DNA of 64,000 nucleotides, taken from positions 1 to 64,000 of IMG/VR virus record IMGVR_UViG_3300050821_004383, one strand, 5' to 3'. This DNA is from a virus. The notes under the pieces were generated by a model. It was given only the letters and a program-made list of their open reading frames with translations. It had not been told where the DNA came from and searched no databases. Below, one piece after another: positions 54,020-64,000 of this stretch; positions within the stretch are counted from its first letter, which is position 1; the number at the start of each line of letters is the position of its first letter. Position numbers and translations under genes: made by a program.

Positions 54020-54607
54020 ATGAATATCGGACAAGGAAAAGTATTTGAAAGACCGACAGGCGGAGCGTTCCTCGGGACAATCATCGACGTGGTTGACATG
54101 CCTCAACAGCCAACCAAGTTCGGACCCAAGGATAAGATTCGCGTTCTGTGGGTTCTTTCTCACATCAACGGAGCGCCGTACCTCGACAAGGAAGGCCAGC
54201 CGTTCACCATCGCGGGCTTCTACAACGCGACCATGACGGACAACTCGAATTTGTCGAAGGCCCTTCGCCAGATTCTTCAAGCACAACCGCCACTCATTAC
54301 CAACACAGAGGACCTGACTCGCTTGCTGCTAGGTCGTTCGAACCAGTTGTTCCTCACCCAGGAGCCGGACCAGAAGAAGCCGAACGAGTTTGTAACGTTC
54401 GTCGCTGGAATCTCTCCGCTTCCCCCTGGCGTCATACCACCGCAGGCCCCAGCAGGCTTCGTTCGCCACGTCAATAAGCCGAAGACCCAGGCGGGACCGC
54501 AGGGTCGCCCGGTTCAGACGTACGCGCAGCCTCCTCAACAGCCAGCGGCACTCCAGAATAACGTCTCGTTCAAGACGCCAACAGCGCCTGGACAAGAAGC
54601 GTTCTAA
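54020..54607 (+). CDS. Putative single-stranded DNA-binding protein
   Basis: Beta-rich core, P/Q-rich tail ending in F, in the replication module. Confidence 0.5.
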   Translation: MNIGQGKVFERPTGGAFLGTIIDVVDMPQQPTKFGPKDKIRVLWVLSHINGAPYLDKEGQPFTIAGFYNATMTDNSNLSKALRQILQAQPPLITNTEDLTRLLLGRSNQLFLTQEPDQKKPNEFVTFVAGISPLPPGVIPPQAPAGFVRHVNKPKTQAGPQGRPVQTYAQPPQQPAALQNNVSFKTPTAPGQEAF

Positions 54608-54692
54608 GTTTCCCTCGAACCCTGAAAGCCGAGGGATGAACAAGGCTTGACGCCCGCGCCAGAGTGCGCGGCTTAATTCGAATCGAGGGCAA

Positions 54693-56732
54693 ATGGGTTT
54701 TAAAGCAATAGCTGAACCGTTGGCAAAGATGGGCGTCCCTATGACGCCAGTGCGACCGGGCACAAAGAGAGCCTTCCTTCCGGACTTCCCTACCACTGCG
54801 ACTACAGACTTGAAAACGATTGAAGAGTGGGACGCTGCATATCCCGACTGCAACGCCGCTTGTGTTGCGCGTGCGGAAGAGGGCGGCGTTTGGTTCTTCG
54901 AAGTGGACTCTGCGGACGTAATCCCTCGCTTGGAGCGCCAGACCGGGCAAACGATGCCCGAGACCTTTCGCGTGCGCTCACGTCCCGGTCGCGGCCACTA
55001 CTATTTCCGCCACACGCCCGCATCTATCGCGCTGGGGAATATCAGTCAGACCTACGTCATGGGACAAGACTGGTCTGTTCGCACTAATCGAGAATACGTC
55101 GTTGGTCCCGGAAGCATCCACCCGGACACAAAGTTGCCTTACACCGCGCTCAACTGGAACACACCGATTGCGAAGGCACCGGACTGGCTCATTAACTGGT
55201 TCATATCTCAAAAGACCCAGAAGCAAAATACTGCTGCGCCAGTAGCGGAGGCTCCTCGCAACGAAAGCGGACTGGTGCCACACGGCGCGATTCACGGCTA
55301 CATGCTGTCAGAAGCCGGACGCTTGCGCAACCTGGGACTAGGCGAGGAGTCTATTCGCACCGCGCTCCGCGAACTGGTTGAGAAGAACTGCCAGCCGCCG
55401 ATTGATTGGGACAAGGTTGACACGATGGCAAGGTCCATCTGCAACTTCCCGGCAGGCGAGAATAAGGGCATCGTGCTAAATCAGGCACCGGAGCCGCCGC
55501 CCAGCGCGGAGCCGGAAGAAGAACTAAGTTTTGAAGCCGTCTCGTACCCGGTGTTTCCTCATTGGGTAATGGAAGGGACGAGCATCTACGAGGGCTTCGC
55601 GAAGCCGTATTGTAAGGAGAACTCTCGCATCGATTACTTCATGTGGATGCCGACCGCCGCGATGATGATGAACTATCTCGGCACGAAGGTGACCGTTCCG
55701 TTCTCCTCGTGGAAGCCGTCGTTTTATATCGTGCTGATTGGACGACGCGGACAAACTAATAAGTCGTCCTCGATGAAAGACGGGATGCGTTACTTGAACT
55801 TTGCGGGTATACTGTCTCATTACTCGAAGAGTTTGAAAAACGCGGACGGTAGGTCCATCGTGTGGGAGGCAGGCTCGGCGGAGGGACTCGGCACCGACAT
55901 GATGCGCATCAACTGCAAGAACGCCATCTTATTCTACGACGAACTATCCGCCCTGGTCTCGAAGGCCCGCATCGAGGGCAGCAGCCTTTACAGCGCGTTG
56001 TTGAAAATGTACGACTCGAACAACTTTGGCAACTCGGTGAAGACCAAGAAGGACGCCTTCGAGGTGGAAGAGGGGACGTATTGCGGGAGCCTTATCACCG
56101 CTACCACCGATAAAAAGTTCATGGAACTGTGGTCACAACTCGCGGGTGAAGACACCGGGTTGAACGACCGTTTCACCTGGGTCTTGGAGCCGAAGGAACT
56201 CCCGACAAAGAGATTGGAGCACGTCGTTAACTTCAACGAGGCCGCTCTAATTACTCGTAAGTTTATCGACCGCGCTGTAGAGAAGAAAGTTTTTCAATTC
56301 TTCGACAAGACTCCTCTAATGAAGACATTGGAGATGTACGATAACCGTGCCGCTGCCCGCGCAGAGAAGTGGGCGTTGTACTTTGCTATCGACTTGGGGC
56401 TGCAAGAGATTGACGAGGACTGCTTGGAGCGCGGCATCGAAATGGTGAAGTACGAGTACGCCGTGAAGGATTATCTGGAAGTCTTCGAGGCTAAGAACGA
56501 CGAATCAGCAATTCAGCAGGGCGTACTTCGTACGCTTAAGAAGAACGGGCTGGTGATGAAGAAGCGCGACATCGAGCGTGCCCTTAACTCGAACAAGTAC
56601 GGGTTGAGCGTTTGGAACAAAGCGTATTTTGCTCTAGTTAACAGCGGATACATAGTGGAAGAGGGCCGTGGCGTGAAGGACAGCCCTCGCGTGGTCCGTA
56701 TGCTGCGCAATATGGATAGTGGAGGAGATTAA
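54693..56732 (+). CDS. Bifunctional primase/polymerase fused to a P-loop-like domain
   Basis: Prim-Pol motifs 'EVD', 'GRGHYYF', 'YVVGPGSIHP'; PriCT-like 'NCQPP'; 'GRRGQTNKS', 'LFYDEL'. Confidence 0.85.
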   Translation: MGFKAIAEPLAKMGVPMTPVRPGTKRAFLPDFPTTATTDLKTIEEWDAAYPDCNAACVARAEEGGVWFFEVDSADVIPRLERQTGQTMPETFRVRSRPGRGHYYFRHTPASIALGNISQTYVMGQDWSVRTNREYVVGPGSIHPDTKLPYTALNWNTPIAKAPDWLINWFISQKTQKQNTAAPVAEAPRNESGLVPHGAIHGYMLSEAGRLRNLGLGEESIRTALRELVEKNCQPPIDWDKVDTMARSICNFPAGENKGIVLNQAPEPPPSAEPEEELSFEAVSYPVFPHWVMEGTSIYEGFAKPYCKENSRIDYFMWMPTAAMMMNYLGTKVTVPFSSWKPSFYIVLIGRRGQTNKSSSMKDGMRYLNFAGILSHYSKSLKNADGRSIVWEAGSAEGLGTDMMRINCKNAILFYDELSALVSKARIEGSSLYSALLKMYDSNNFGNSVKTKKDAFEVEEGTYCGSLITATTDKKFMELWSQLAGEDTGLNDRFTWVLEPKELPTKRLEHVVNFNEAALITRKFIDRAVEKKVFQFFDKTPLMKTLEMYDNRAAARAEKWALYFAIDLGLQEIDEDCLERGIEMVKYEYAVKDYLEVFEAKNDESAIQQGVLRTLKKNGLVMKKRDIERALNSNKYGLSVWNKAYFALVNSGYIVEEGRGVKDSPRVVRMLRNMDSGGD

Positions 56733-56948
56733 ATGACTGAGTTCTACTTTGAAACAAGCGAATCAGACGGCACTTGTCGAGTTAACTTAACTCCCGGCTC
56801 CTACCCGCCGAAATTGTGCGGGAGAGAAGCGTGCGCTAAGGCTGACTTTCAGATGTTAGAAAGCGACGAGCGCGTTCACATCCCTGTTTGCAGAGAGCAC
56901 GGGAAGAAGATTGCTGCATCAGGAACAACCGTGAGGTTTGAAGAGTGA
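56733..56948 (+). CDS. Small Cys/His protein
   Basis: 71 aa, coupled. Confidence 0.5.
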   Translation: MTEFYFETSESDGTCRVNLTPGSYPPKLCGREACAKADFQMLESDERVHIPVCREHGKKIAASGTTVRFEE

Positions 56949-58165
56949 TTGAACTGCATTGCGACTTCGAATCACGCAGCCCGGTTTCTCCCGGGGACGT
57001 GGGATTGCATAACTACATCTTCCATCCGGAGACGGAGCCGCTATTCCTCTGGTACAAAATAGGTGACGCGGGCTACCAGTGTTGGAACATCTGGGAGAGG
57101 GCAGGCTTCGTAGAGCGCGACTGGGAGGGCATGAGCGTCCCCCAAGATTTGGACGAATCGTTGCATGACCCGGATGTGATGCTCGTTGCCTTCAACAGCG
57201 CTTTTGAGCGCTACATGTTCAAGAAGCTGGGATACGATATCCCGGCCAGTCGTTTCATAGACCCACAAGTCGGAGGGCGTTACCTCTCGCTCCCCGCCAG
57301 CCTTGACGTGCAGTGTCGCGTCATGGACCTACCTGCAAACCTCACCAAAGACGAACGCGGAGAAGAACTAATCAAGCTATTCTGCGAGAAAGTAATCGTT
57401 AAGAAGACTAAGAAAAATCCCGCCCGGGAGTATTACAACGATTGGACCACGCACCCTCGTGAGTGGCAGGAGTTTCTGAATTACGGCAGACAGGACGTTG
57501 TTGCGGAGGGAGAACTACTTCGCAGAATGCGAATCTTGCGTGCGCTCCCCCTCCCGGAGTTTGAACAGAAGTTGTGGCTGCTTGACCAGACGATAAACGA
57601 CCGAGGCATGCCTGTAGACCGCGTGTTCGTTGAGAAGATGTACCGACTGGCGGTACGCGCCAAGGAAGAAGCGAAGAAAAACTTCGAGAAGATGACAGGC
57701 GTTACAAACGCAAATTCGCCCGCTCAGATTAAGAAGTGGGCAAAGACACAAGGCTATCCGTACGGCACGTTGAAGAAGGACACCGTCACGTCCGTGCTCA
57801 AGGACCCGGATATCAAGTTGACCGACACGTGTCGTGCAGCATTAAAGATGCGTGCGGAAGCGGCCAGCACAAGTTATCAAAAGCTGGGGAAGATATTAGA
57901 GTGTGTCTCCCCAGACGGGAGGTTGCGCGGGCAATTTATTTTCTTGGGTAGTTCTCGCTGTGGGCGGTGGTCTGGTAACGCTGTACAACTTCATAATTTC
58001 CCGCGCCCTCTGGTTGTGGGAGGTTTTGACTTCGAAGACCAGAAGGTCGTGAGGGAAGCACGTGCGATGGTGTACGCGGAAGACTACGATGGCATCAAGG
58101 AAAAATACTTGAGTGTTCTTCTTGTTGTGAAAAGTCTGATTCGTACGGTGTTTGTCGCGCCATGA
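56945..58165 (+). CDS. Family A DNA polymerase, N-terminal part (exonuclease and thumb)
   Basis: 'DFES', 'AFNSAFER', 'YGRQDV', 'INDRG', 'GRWSG..VQLHNFPR', ends 'IRTVFVAP'. Confidence 0.9.
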   Translation: MIELHCDFESRSPVSPGDVGLHNYIFHPETEPLFLWYKIGDAGYQCWNIWERAGFVERDWEGMSVPQDLDESLHDPDVMLVAFNSAFERYMFKKLGYDIPASRFIDPQVGGRYLSLPASLDVQCRVMDLPANLTKDERGEELIKLFCEKVIVKKTKKNPAREYYNDWTTHPREWQEFLNYGRQDVVAEGELLRRMRILRALPLPEFEQKLWLLDQTINDRGMPVDRVFVEKMYRLAVRAKEEAKKNFEKMTGVTNANSPAQIKKWAKTQGYPYGTLKKDTVTSVLKDPDIKLTDTCRAALKMRAEAASTSYQKLGKILECVSPDGRLRGQFIFLGSSRCGRWSGNAVQLHNFPRPLVVGGFDFEDQKVVREARAMVYAEDYDGIKEKYLSVLLVVKSLIRTVFVAP

Positions 58166-58374
58166 TTACTCTAATTAGAACTCCAAAATGTGACTACCCG
58201 TCGTGCTCGTGGCAAGGTCTCGTTAAAGATTTGCTGCGGTGGCTTGATGTTGGGGGACCATATCGTTTGTGCCCGGAGCACTATAAATTAAAGTATTTTC
58301 AACGTCAACAAGAACAGATGCAGGCTCAAAAGGATGAGTTTGACGCACTTGAAAAGGGAAAGTATGAGAAGTAA
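58162..58374 (+). CDS. Small Zn-binding protein inserted within the polymerase locus
   Basis: CDYPSC...LCPEH. Confidence 0.55.
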   Translation: MITLIRTPKCDYPSCSWQGLVKDLLRWLDVGGPYRLCPEHYKLKYFQRQQEQMQAQKDEFDALEKGKYEK

Positions 58375-59053
58375 ATACTACGTAGCTGGAACACATCATT
58401 CAACTGGCAGTTGTCTGTTGTTTTCCAAGGAAGAGGATAAAATTATCCGAGGAATGTATGAATCGAGTATACCAGTTCAAAACATTGCTCGAAAGTACGG
58501 AATTTGTTTGCCGACTGTTTATGCTTCTGTTCGTCGTGCGGGCGGTCGTGTTCGTAAGAAAGGAGAAAGCGATAAGCGAAAAAGACTAACCCTTGAGCGT
58601 GCAAAAGAACAAATACCTACAGCCTTAGCGGTGCGTCACGACAGCAAGCGCAGGCCGCAAGTGTTGGTAGCGTGCCCTCTTCAAACATCTCCCAGTTGTC
58701 AAGTACGAAAACCAAAGTGGCGCTACATAAACACGAAGATGCGTCAGACTACGGGGATTTGTCGAAGTTGCTCAGGTTTTCGCGGAGGACATGTTTCTAA
58801 CGGCTACAGACGTGTTTATATAAACGGAAAGTCTGTGGCGGAACACCGCACAGTTATGGAAAGGATGCTAGGTCGAAAACTTCGTTTTTATGAGACAGTG
58901 CATCACAAAAACGGAGACGGGTTAGATAATAGGCCACGTAATCTTGAATTGTTTACGAGTCGCCACACAAAAGGCGCGAGACCACGAGATTTGGTAAAAT
59001 ACTTGAAAACAATCCCAGTAAGTTTGGGAGGATTGAAGGAGAAGCAGCGATGA
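58364..59053 (+). CDS. HNH homing endonuclease with N-terminal HTH
   Basis: 'EHRTVME..LGRKL...ETVHHKNGD..DNRPRNLEL'. Confidence 0.9.
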   Translation: MRSKYYVAGTHHSTGSCLLFSKEEDKIIRGMYESSIPVQNIARKYGICLPTVYASVRRAGGRVRKKGESDKRKRLTLERAKEQIPTALAVRHDSKRRPQVLVACPLQTSPSCQVRKPKWRYINTKMRQTTGICRSCSGFRGGHVSNGYRRVYINGKSVAEHRTVMERMLGRKLRFYETVHHKNGDGLDNRPRNLELFTSRHTKGARPRDLVKYLKTIPVSLGGLKEKQR

Positions 59054-60160
59054 GTACAAGATTTAACGTCTGCGACCTTTAACGCGATTGAAACCAGAGT
59101 AGGAGCATGGCTGGCGGGCTGCACCGACTTGATGAAGGTCTTCGAGCCGTACACCGACCAGTTTGGCGTCTACCAGAAGAACGGACGGGACCCGTATCTT
59201 GCGTTCGCGTGTAAAATGTGGGCGCTCGATTACGCTCCTCTCTACGCCGATTACAAGGGCAAGAATGGCAAGGACCGCAAGGGCGACGCGAAGCGTAAAC
59301 GCCAAATTGCAAAGCCGGGAGTCCTCGGCGCTATTTATCGTCTCGCTGGCGGCGGATGGGGATTCGCACCTCCACGCAAGGACCACGGCGACGATTGCAA
59401 CGCTAAGGAAGTTGGAGCCAACGGCAAAAAGATTGGCGTGAAGCACTGCCACTGCGAAGAGGTTCGCGACCGCATCAAGACCGGGATGTGGGGATACGCT
59501 GATAACATGGGCATCGAGATGTCGCAGGAGCAGGCGAACGAAGTCGTGCGCATCTTCCGAGACTCGTATCCGGAAATTTGCGACCCTCAGCGCGGTATTT
59601 GGAAGCAGCTAGAGGTTGCGGTCGCGGACGTGATGCACCCGGACCACCCGGCGACCGTGCGCACGATTGGACCGAACGGCTGCGTCGTAATCGACCGTCT
59701 TAACATCGAGGGCCGCAAGCCGATGATGCGCATGCGCCTGCCCTCGGGACGCTACCTACACTATTTGGATGCAAGACTCGAACCCACGCTGATGCCGTGG
59801 AAGGGAGAAGACGACGATGGAAACGAAATTGAAGTTTACCGTGACAGTCTCATTTACGCCGGAACAAATCAAAAGACTAAGCAGTGGGATATCTGGGTTT
59901 CCACCCACGGAGGGAAGCTCTTTGAAAATCTCGTCCAAGGAATTGCTCGCGATATTCTCGCTCATTGCCTTCTCCGATTCGAGGCCCTTGAAATGCCTCT
60001 CGTCGGACACGTTCACGACGAAGGTATTGCGCTGGTGGAAAACGACCTGCTCTCGCCTACGCACCATGACATGGTCGAGATAATGAGCACGCCGATTGCG
60101 GAGTACCCCGGGTTGTTGCTCGGCGCGGACGGGTACGAAGATTTGTACTATCACAAGTGA
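59050..60160 (+). CDS. Family A DNA polymerase, C-terminal part; needs a +1 frameshift at 59077-59082
   Basis: ATG 59050 gives MSTRFNVCDL-stop; the +1 frame continues NAIETRVGAWLAG; motif B 'RQIAK...LG..Y'; 'ENLVQGIARD'; motif C 'HVHDE'. Confidence 0.8.
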
Positions 60161-60166
60161 GGATAT

Positions 60167-60370
60167 ATGTCTCAGGAAGGATTATCACCAAATTTGAGAG
60201 AGAAAGTCGCAGAAGCCATAGACAACGGCTCAGTGCAGTGGCAAATTCATACGCTGTACAATCAATTCGGATTGGAGACAGATGACATCAGAGAGGCGGT
60301 GTATATTAATTCGAGGGGCGTCCTCTCGATGAAAGTGATTTTAGGAGAAAGTAATGATTCCTCAAGATAG
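60167..60370 (+). CDS. Hypothetical protein
   Basis: 67 aa. Confidence 0.5.
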   Translation: MSQEGLSPNLREKVAEAIDNGSVQWQIHTLYNQFGLETDDIREAVYINSRGVLSMKVILGESNDSSR

Positions 60371-61097
60371 CGCGAAGTTTTGGTTCCCTAGGCTGGTATC
60401 ACACCCGTGGAAGTGGATGCGGGATTGGCTCCCGAACACGGTGATGATTGATTACTCCGAAGAAGCGCTAGCAGATTCTTTAAGAGGGCACCATACCGCC
60501 GAGTATGACCGACTGTACTACGCCGTAGAGGCCGCTATACGGCATGAAATTGCTGGTCCGGCTTTCATTCGCACCGATATCACATCGGCAAAACACTCGG
60601 GACGCAACGCGTACATTGTGGATGGAACAGACGAGGACGGATTGAACCACGCGTTACTTACTACGCTCGCCCATTCACAATTGAAGACCTACCACGGTAA
60701 GATGAAAGCGAGCGCGATTATGGTGCGCAGCGTCATCGAGATTCAAGCCGACCGTACCGCATTTCACGGCCTGCCGATTGGAAAAGAGTGGCGCGTTTTT
60801 GCAGACCAAAGAGGTGTGCAGTGCCATCACGGATACTGGCCTACGGTTGCACTTGATGGGCATATGGATGATGGACAACCGCCAACAGAGAACAGTTTGG
60901 GCCTTCACTGGATTCGCACCGATGCACTAGACGCCGCGAAGTTGGCGGCAAAGGCAATGGGGCAATTCAAGTGGAGCGTAGACTTCGCAGAAGATACAAG
61001 CGGCAAGGTCTGGCTGCTCGATATGGCAACCGCGATGAACTCATTCCACACCCCAGAGTGCCCATTTTTTCAACTTGACAATCTGGAACGATTGTGA
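60354..61097 (+). CDS. ATP-grasp-like protein
   Basis: 'FIRTD..SAKH', 'EWRVF', 'WSVDF......WLLD'. Confidence 0.65.
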   Translation: MIPQDSAKFWFPRLVSHPWKWMRDWLPNTVMIDYSEEALADSLRGHHTAEYDRLYYAVEAAIRHEIAGPAFIRTDITSAKHSGRNAYIVDGTDEDGLNHALLTTLAHSQLKTYHGKMKASAIMVRSVIEIQADRTAFHGLPIGKEWRVFADQRGVQCHHGYWPTVALDGHMDDGQPPTENSLGLHWIRTDALDAAKLAAKAMGQFKWSVDFAEDTSGKVWLLDMATAMNSFHTPECPFFQLDNLERL

Positions 61098-61120
61098 TAC
61101 GCTTTAAAGATGGAGGCACC

Positions 61121-61657
61121 ATGCGAAGACTAGCAGGTACAGTACTAGCCTTGTTCGCAGTTTTGTTGGCGTTGCCATCGACGCCGGAAATCAAGTTCAG
61201 ACCGACACCGCCCACGGAGGCATCCATCCGCGCGGATATACAGGCGGAAAAGTTGCAGCGCCAGTACGACTTGGCGGAGAACCAAGCCGACCGAGTATTT
61301 AGCAAGGTAGGCTGCACGACCGAGTTTTCCGAACTGGTTGCACACGCTGCTGTAGACGAACGTCTCCCCGCGAGATTAATTGCGGCGGTGGTAGTCACCG
61401 AGAGCACGTGCGACCCATCAAAAATCTCCCGCACCCAGGACGTGGGATTGATGCAAGTCAACCGCAAAGTTTGGAAAGTATCAACGGCCAAATTGCTCAA
61501 CCCGGCCTTCAACGTTAAGTTTGCCGCGCACCATATTCTGGCACCATTGGTGCACACGTACGGCATCCGAGAGGGCCTGCACCGCTACAACGGTCTGGGC
61601 AACCCCTCCAATGAGTACAGCGAGAAGGTTATGAGAATCGCGGGGTTTCAGTCATGA
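61121..61657 (+). CDS. Lytic transglycosylase (SLT) with signal anchor
   Basis: 'AAVVVTES', 'GLMQV', 'RYNG'. Confidence 0.85.
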   Translation: MRRLAGTVLALFAVLLALPSTPEIKFRPTPPTEASIRADIQAEKLQRQYDLAENQADRVFSKVGCTTEFSELVAHAAVDERLPARLIAAVVVTESTCDPSKISRTQDVGLMQVNRKVWKVSTAKLLNPAFNVKFAAHHILAPLVHTYGIREGLHRYNGLGNPSNEYSEKVMRIAGFQS

Positions 61658-61992
61658 AACGTGCTATGCCGTGGTGGGTCCCGCTAATCCTGTTGCTGCT
61701 CCTGTTGTGGACCATCGCGGCGAACGCAAAGCAGACCCAGCCGGACCCGAACCGCGTCAAGCAGATTCAAACGGCGCTCCTGGCCCACGGGTTCGAGTCC
61801 GGCAAAACGTGGCCCCAGACCCAGGAAATTCTTCGAGGCATCGCTAAGGCCCACGGATGGCAGGTGCACCGCGCACCTGATGCCCGGGTGCTCGGATGTG
61901 TGTTGGAACTCGGTAACAAGTATTTTGACCCCCAGATTTGCGACGAAGGCCCTAATCGTTTGGAGAAACCTTTGGATGACGAGGCTCAATAA
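61654..61992 (+). CDS. Secreted protein, peptidoglycan-binding-like
   Basis: Signal peptide; 'VKQIQTAL..HGF'. Confidence 0.5.
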   Translation: MKRAMPWWVPLILLLLLLWTIAANAKQTQPDPNRVKQIQTALLAHGFESGKTWPQTQEILRGIAKAHGWQVHRAPDARVLGCVLELGNKYFDPQICDEGPNRLEKPLDDEAQ

Positions 61993-61998
61993 AGGGTC

Positions 61999-62027
61999 TT
62001 GACTTTTTTAAAGAAGTGTGGTATGGT
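61999..62027 (+). promoter_or_regulatory. Sigma70 promoter
   Basis: TTGACT-17-TATGGT with TG extension. Confidence 0.65.
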
Positions 62028-62045
62028 ATTCAAAGTGAGGAAATT

Positions 62046-63404
62046 ATGACCAAAAATCAGCTTGTTATTCAGCACGACCTTTCGAAGTTGTCCCCAGAAC
62101 AGTTGACGCAGTATTTGCGGGACGTGAGCGAATTTATCGGGCTGGACCCGAACTTGAACGCGCTCGATACCATCTGGATGCAGAACGAGAACGGTCCCGG
62201 TCAGTCTCTCGTTGTCTACGCCCGCCGTGGCACCGCAGAAATTCTTCGCAATTTGTACGGCATCAACATCACCTCTCTTCCCCACGTAATCACTCCTCAA
62301 GGTTCAATCGTTTTCACTGCGACCGGAACAAATCAGAAGGGCCGTCAAGAGATTGCAATCGGTTCGAAGTACATCGCCGCGCTCTCAGGCAAGGCTCTCG
62401 ATGACGCCATTATGACCGCGAGCACACGCGCGATTCGCCGCGTCACTATGCAGTTCACCTCTCTCGGAATCTTGGATGTGAGCGAAGTCGAAGCGATTCA
62501 AGGCAGCACCGTGAATCCCGCAGCAGGCGCGACACTCGCAGGCAGTCCGGTGGTGCTCCCGCCCGCGCCGTCCGTCCCGGCGAACAATGCCCCAGGCCGC
62601 GACATTACGATGATTGCTCCTTCCCAGGACCCTAAGACCCAGGCGCAGGTTGCCGCCGTGATGCTCATTAATCAGGCCGATAACATCAAACAAGTTTACG
62701 AGGAAGGCAGAGCCGCCTTGGCCGCGATGCCGGAACCGAAAGCGGACATTTATCCGGCTATTTCGAGCGTCCTAGCGCCTGTAACTCCTGTAGAATCACC
62801 AGTTACGACCGTTCCGGAAGCGGACAAAGAAGCGGCTAAACCGCGCCGCGCTCGCAAACCGCGCAACACGGTCTCTATGGACGGCCCGGAGCCGGAAGTC
62901 GTTCTCTCGCCCGCTCAAGTGGACGAGACTGTCCGGGCCATTATGACGGCAGATAGTGCGCCAGCGCCCGCCCCAGTGCCAGCAGCGCCTATTTCAGCGC
63001 CTGCCCCGGTTTCAGCGCCTGCCCCGGTTTCAACACCCGTTGAAACGGCCCCAAAGACTGAAACTGCCCCGCCGCAAGTCGTCCCCCAAACGGGAGCCAA
63101 TCAGGTCAGCACCAATTCCGCCTCGGCTGCACCGTCAACTGACTTCCCGGGCAAGCCGACCGACGCGCAGATGGGCGAGTACCGCAAGCGCGTGTCAGTC
63201 TATACCTCGGAACTGCCTAGCAGCGAGAACATGGGCAGCGTGCAAAAGATGCGTGCCTTCATTACCCGCCAGACGGGTGCGGCACCTCAGTTCATGACTG
63301 TTGAACAATGGGAAGAAATGCTTTCCTGGTTTGAGTCCTTCGTGGAGCGCAACAAGGTCAAAGGGTTGGTGAACTACATCAATGATTCTCTAGGGGTGAA
63401 ATAA
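62046..63404 (+). CDS. Possible single-strand annealing recombinase with long P/A-rich linker
   Basis: 'GLDP...LVVYA', 'AIMTASTRAIRR' resemble phage SSAP-like proteins. Confidence 0.45.
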   Translation: MTKNQLVIQHDLSKLSPEQLTQYLRDVSEFIGLDPNLNALDTIWMQNENGPGQSLVVYARRGTAEILRNLYGINITSLPHVITPQGSIVFTATGTNQKGRQEIAIGSKYIAALSGKALDDAIMTASTRAIRRVTMQFTSLGILDVSEVEAIQGSTVNPAAGATLAGSPVVLPPAPSVPANNAPGRDITMIAPSQDPKTQAQVAAVMLINQADNIKQVYEEGRAALAAMPEPKADIYPAISSVLAPVTPVESPVTTVPEADKEAAKPRRARKPRNTVSMDGPEPEVVLSPAQVDETVRAIMTADSAPAPAPVPAAPISAPAPVSAPAPVSTPVETAPKTETAPPQVVPQTGANQVSTNSASAAPSTDFPGKPTDAQMGEYRKRVSVYTSELPSSENMGSVQKMRAFITRQTGAAPQFMTVEQWEEMLSWFESFVERNKVKGLVNYINDSLGVK

Positions 63405-63540
63405 TGAATAAGACACCAAAACAGCTAGGACACAACACACGTTACAGCGACTCGTCTCTCTACGACGAAGTTTGCAAAAAGTGTGGTGCAACAGACGGTC
63501 GCGGAGACGACCGACTCAACCAGCCTTGTCCCAGGAAGAA

Positions 63541-64000
63541 GTGAGTCTCGAACTAAATCCTGAACAACAAGTGGGTGTCGATGCCGTGGACGGCGACTTT
63601 GTAACAATCGCTGGTCCTGGTTCCGGAAAGACCCGCGTGCTAGTGGAGCGCTACTTGAAAATGAGAGCGCGTGGAATCCCAGACCGCGATATCTTGAACC
63701 TCACTTTCACGAGCGCCGCCGCAACCGAAATGGTGGAGCGAGTCGGACTCCTTAATTCGGCGGAGGTGTTCCGCACGTTCCACTCGTTCTGTCTGCAACT
63801 GGTGAAGCAGGAGCGCGAGTTTCTCCCGTTCCCCACGTGCCCGACCGTTATCCCGGTACGAGGGGAGCAGTTCCTTCTCATGAAGGACCTGTTGAAAATT
63901 TATCCGCCCATCTCGTCTTACCACGCGTTGAACGACCGCATCAGTCAGTGGAAGGCCGAAAATGTGGACCCGGAACAAGCGCTGAACGAGGAGTTCAACG
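63541..64000 (+). CDS. UvrD/PcrA-family helicase (truncated by window end)
   Basis: Own translation 'LNPEQ...AGPGSGKTRVL...LTFTSAAA.EM.ER...TFHSFC'. Confidence 0.9.
   Translation, partial: MSLELNPEQQVGVDAVDGDFVTIAGPGSGKTRVLVERYLKMRARGIPDRDILNLTFTSAAATEMVERVGLLNSAEVFRTFHSFCLQLVKQEREFLPFPTCPTVIPVRGEQFLLMKDLLKIYPPISSYHALNDRISQWKAENVDPEQALNEEFN

Noticed and set aside
58166-59049. Group I intron in the polymerase
   Set aside because: The insert is fully occupied by overlapping ORFs, no intron core was seen, and part 2 has its own RBS and ATG.

Overview
The window is a 64-kb piece of a tailed dsDNA phage genome, probably podovirus-like, with two divergent arms. The minus-strand arm (1-37.6 kb) carries neck/tail proteins, an N4-gp56-type major capsid, scaffold, portal, large terminase, accessory virion proteins (collagen-like fibres, a DUF3494 ice-binding protein) and a ~10-kb RNA array. 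That array holds 33 tRNA genes covering all 20 amino acids, four HNH endonucleases, a phage-encoded RNase P RNA with an atypical specificity domain, a circularly permuted tRNA-like RNA and several unexplained structured RNAs. The non-coding switch region (37.6-39.1 kb) has 22-bp iteron/operator repeats, a long inverted repeat around an AT-rich core and IHF-like sites. The plus-strand arm (39.1-64 kb) has small early genes behind sigma70 promoters sharing a GTAC-rich upstream motif, a ~220-nt tRNA-ended ncRNA, nucleotide-metabolism genes, a primase-polymerase, a family A DNA polymerase split by an HNH cassette (its catalytic Asp needs a +1 frameshift), an ATP-grasp protein, a lytic transglycosylase and a truncated UvrD helicase. 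The most novel-looking items are a Tat-signal protein built from permuted fragments of the phage's own capsid protein and the self-contained RNA-processing/tRNA-mimic system. All calls were made by eye; no database search or folding program was run.
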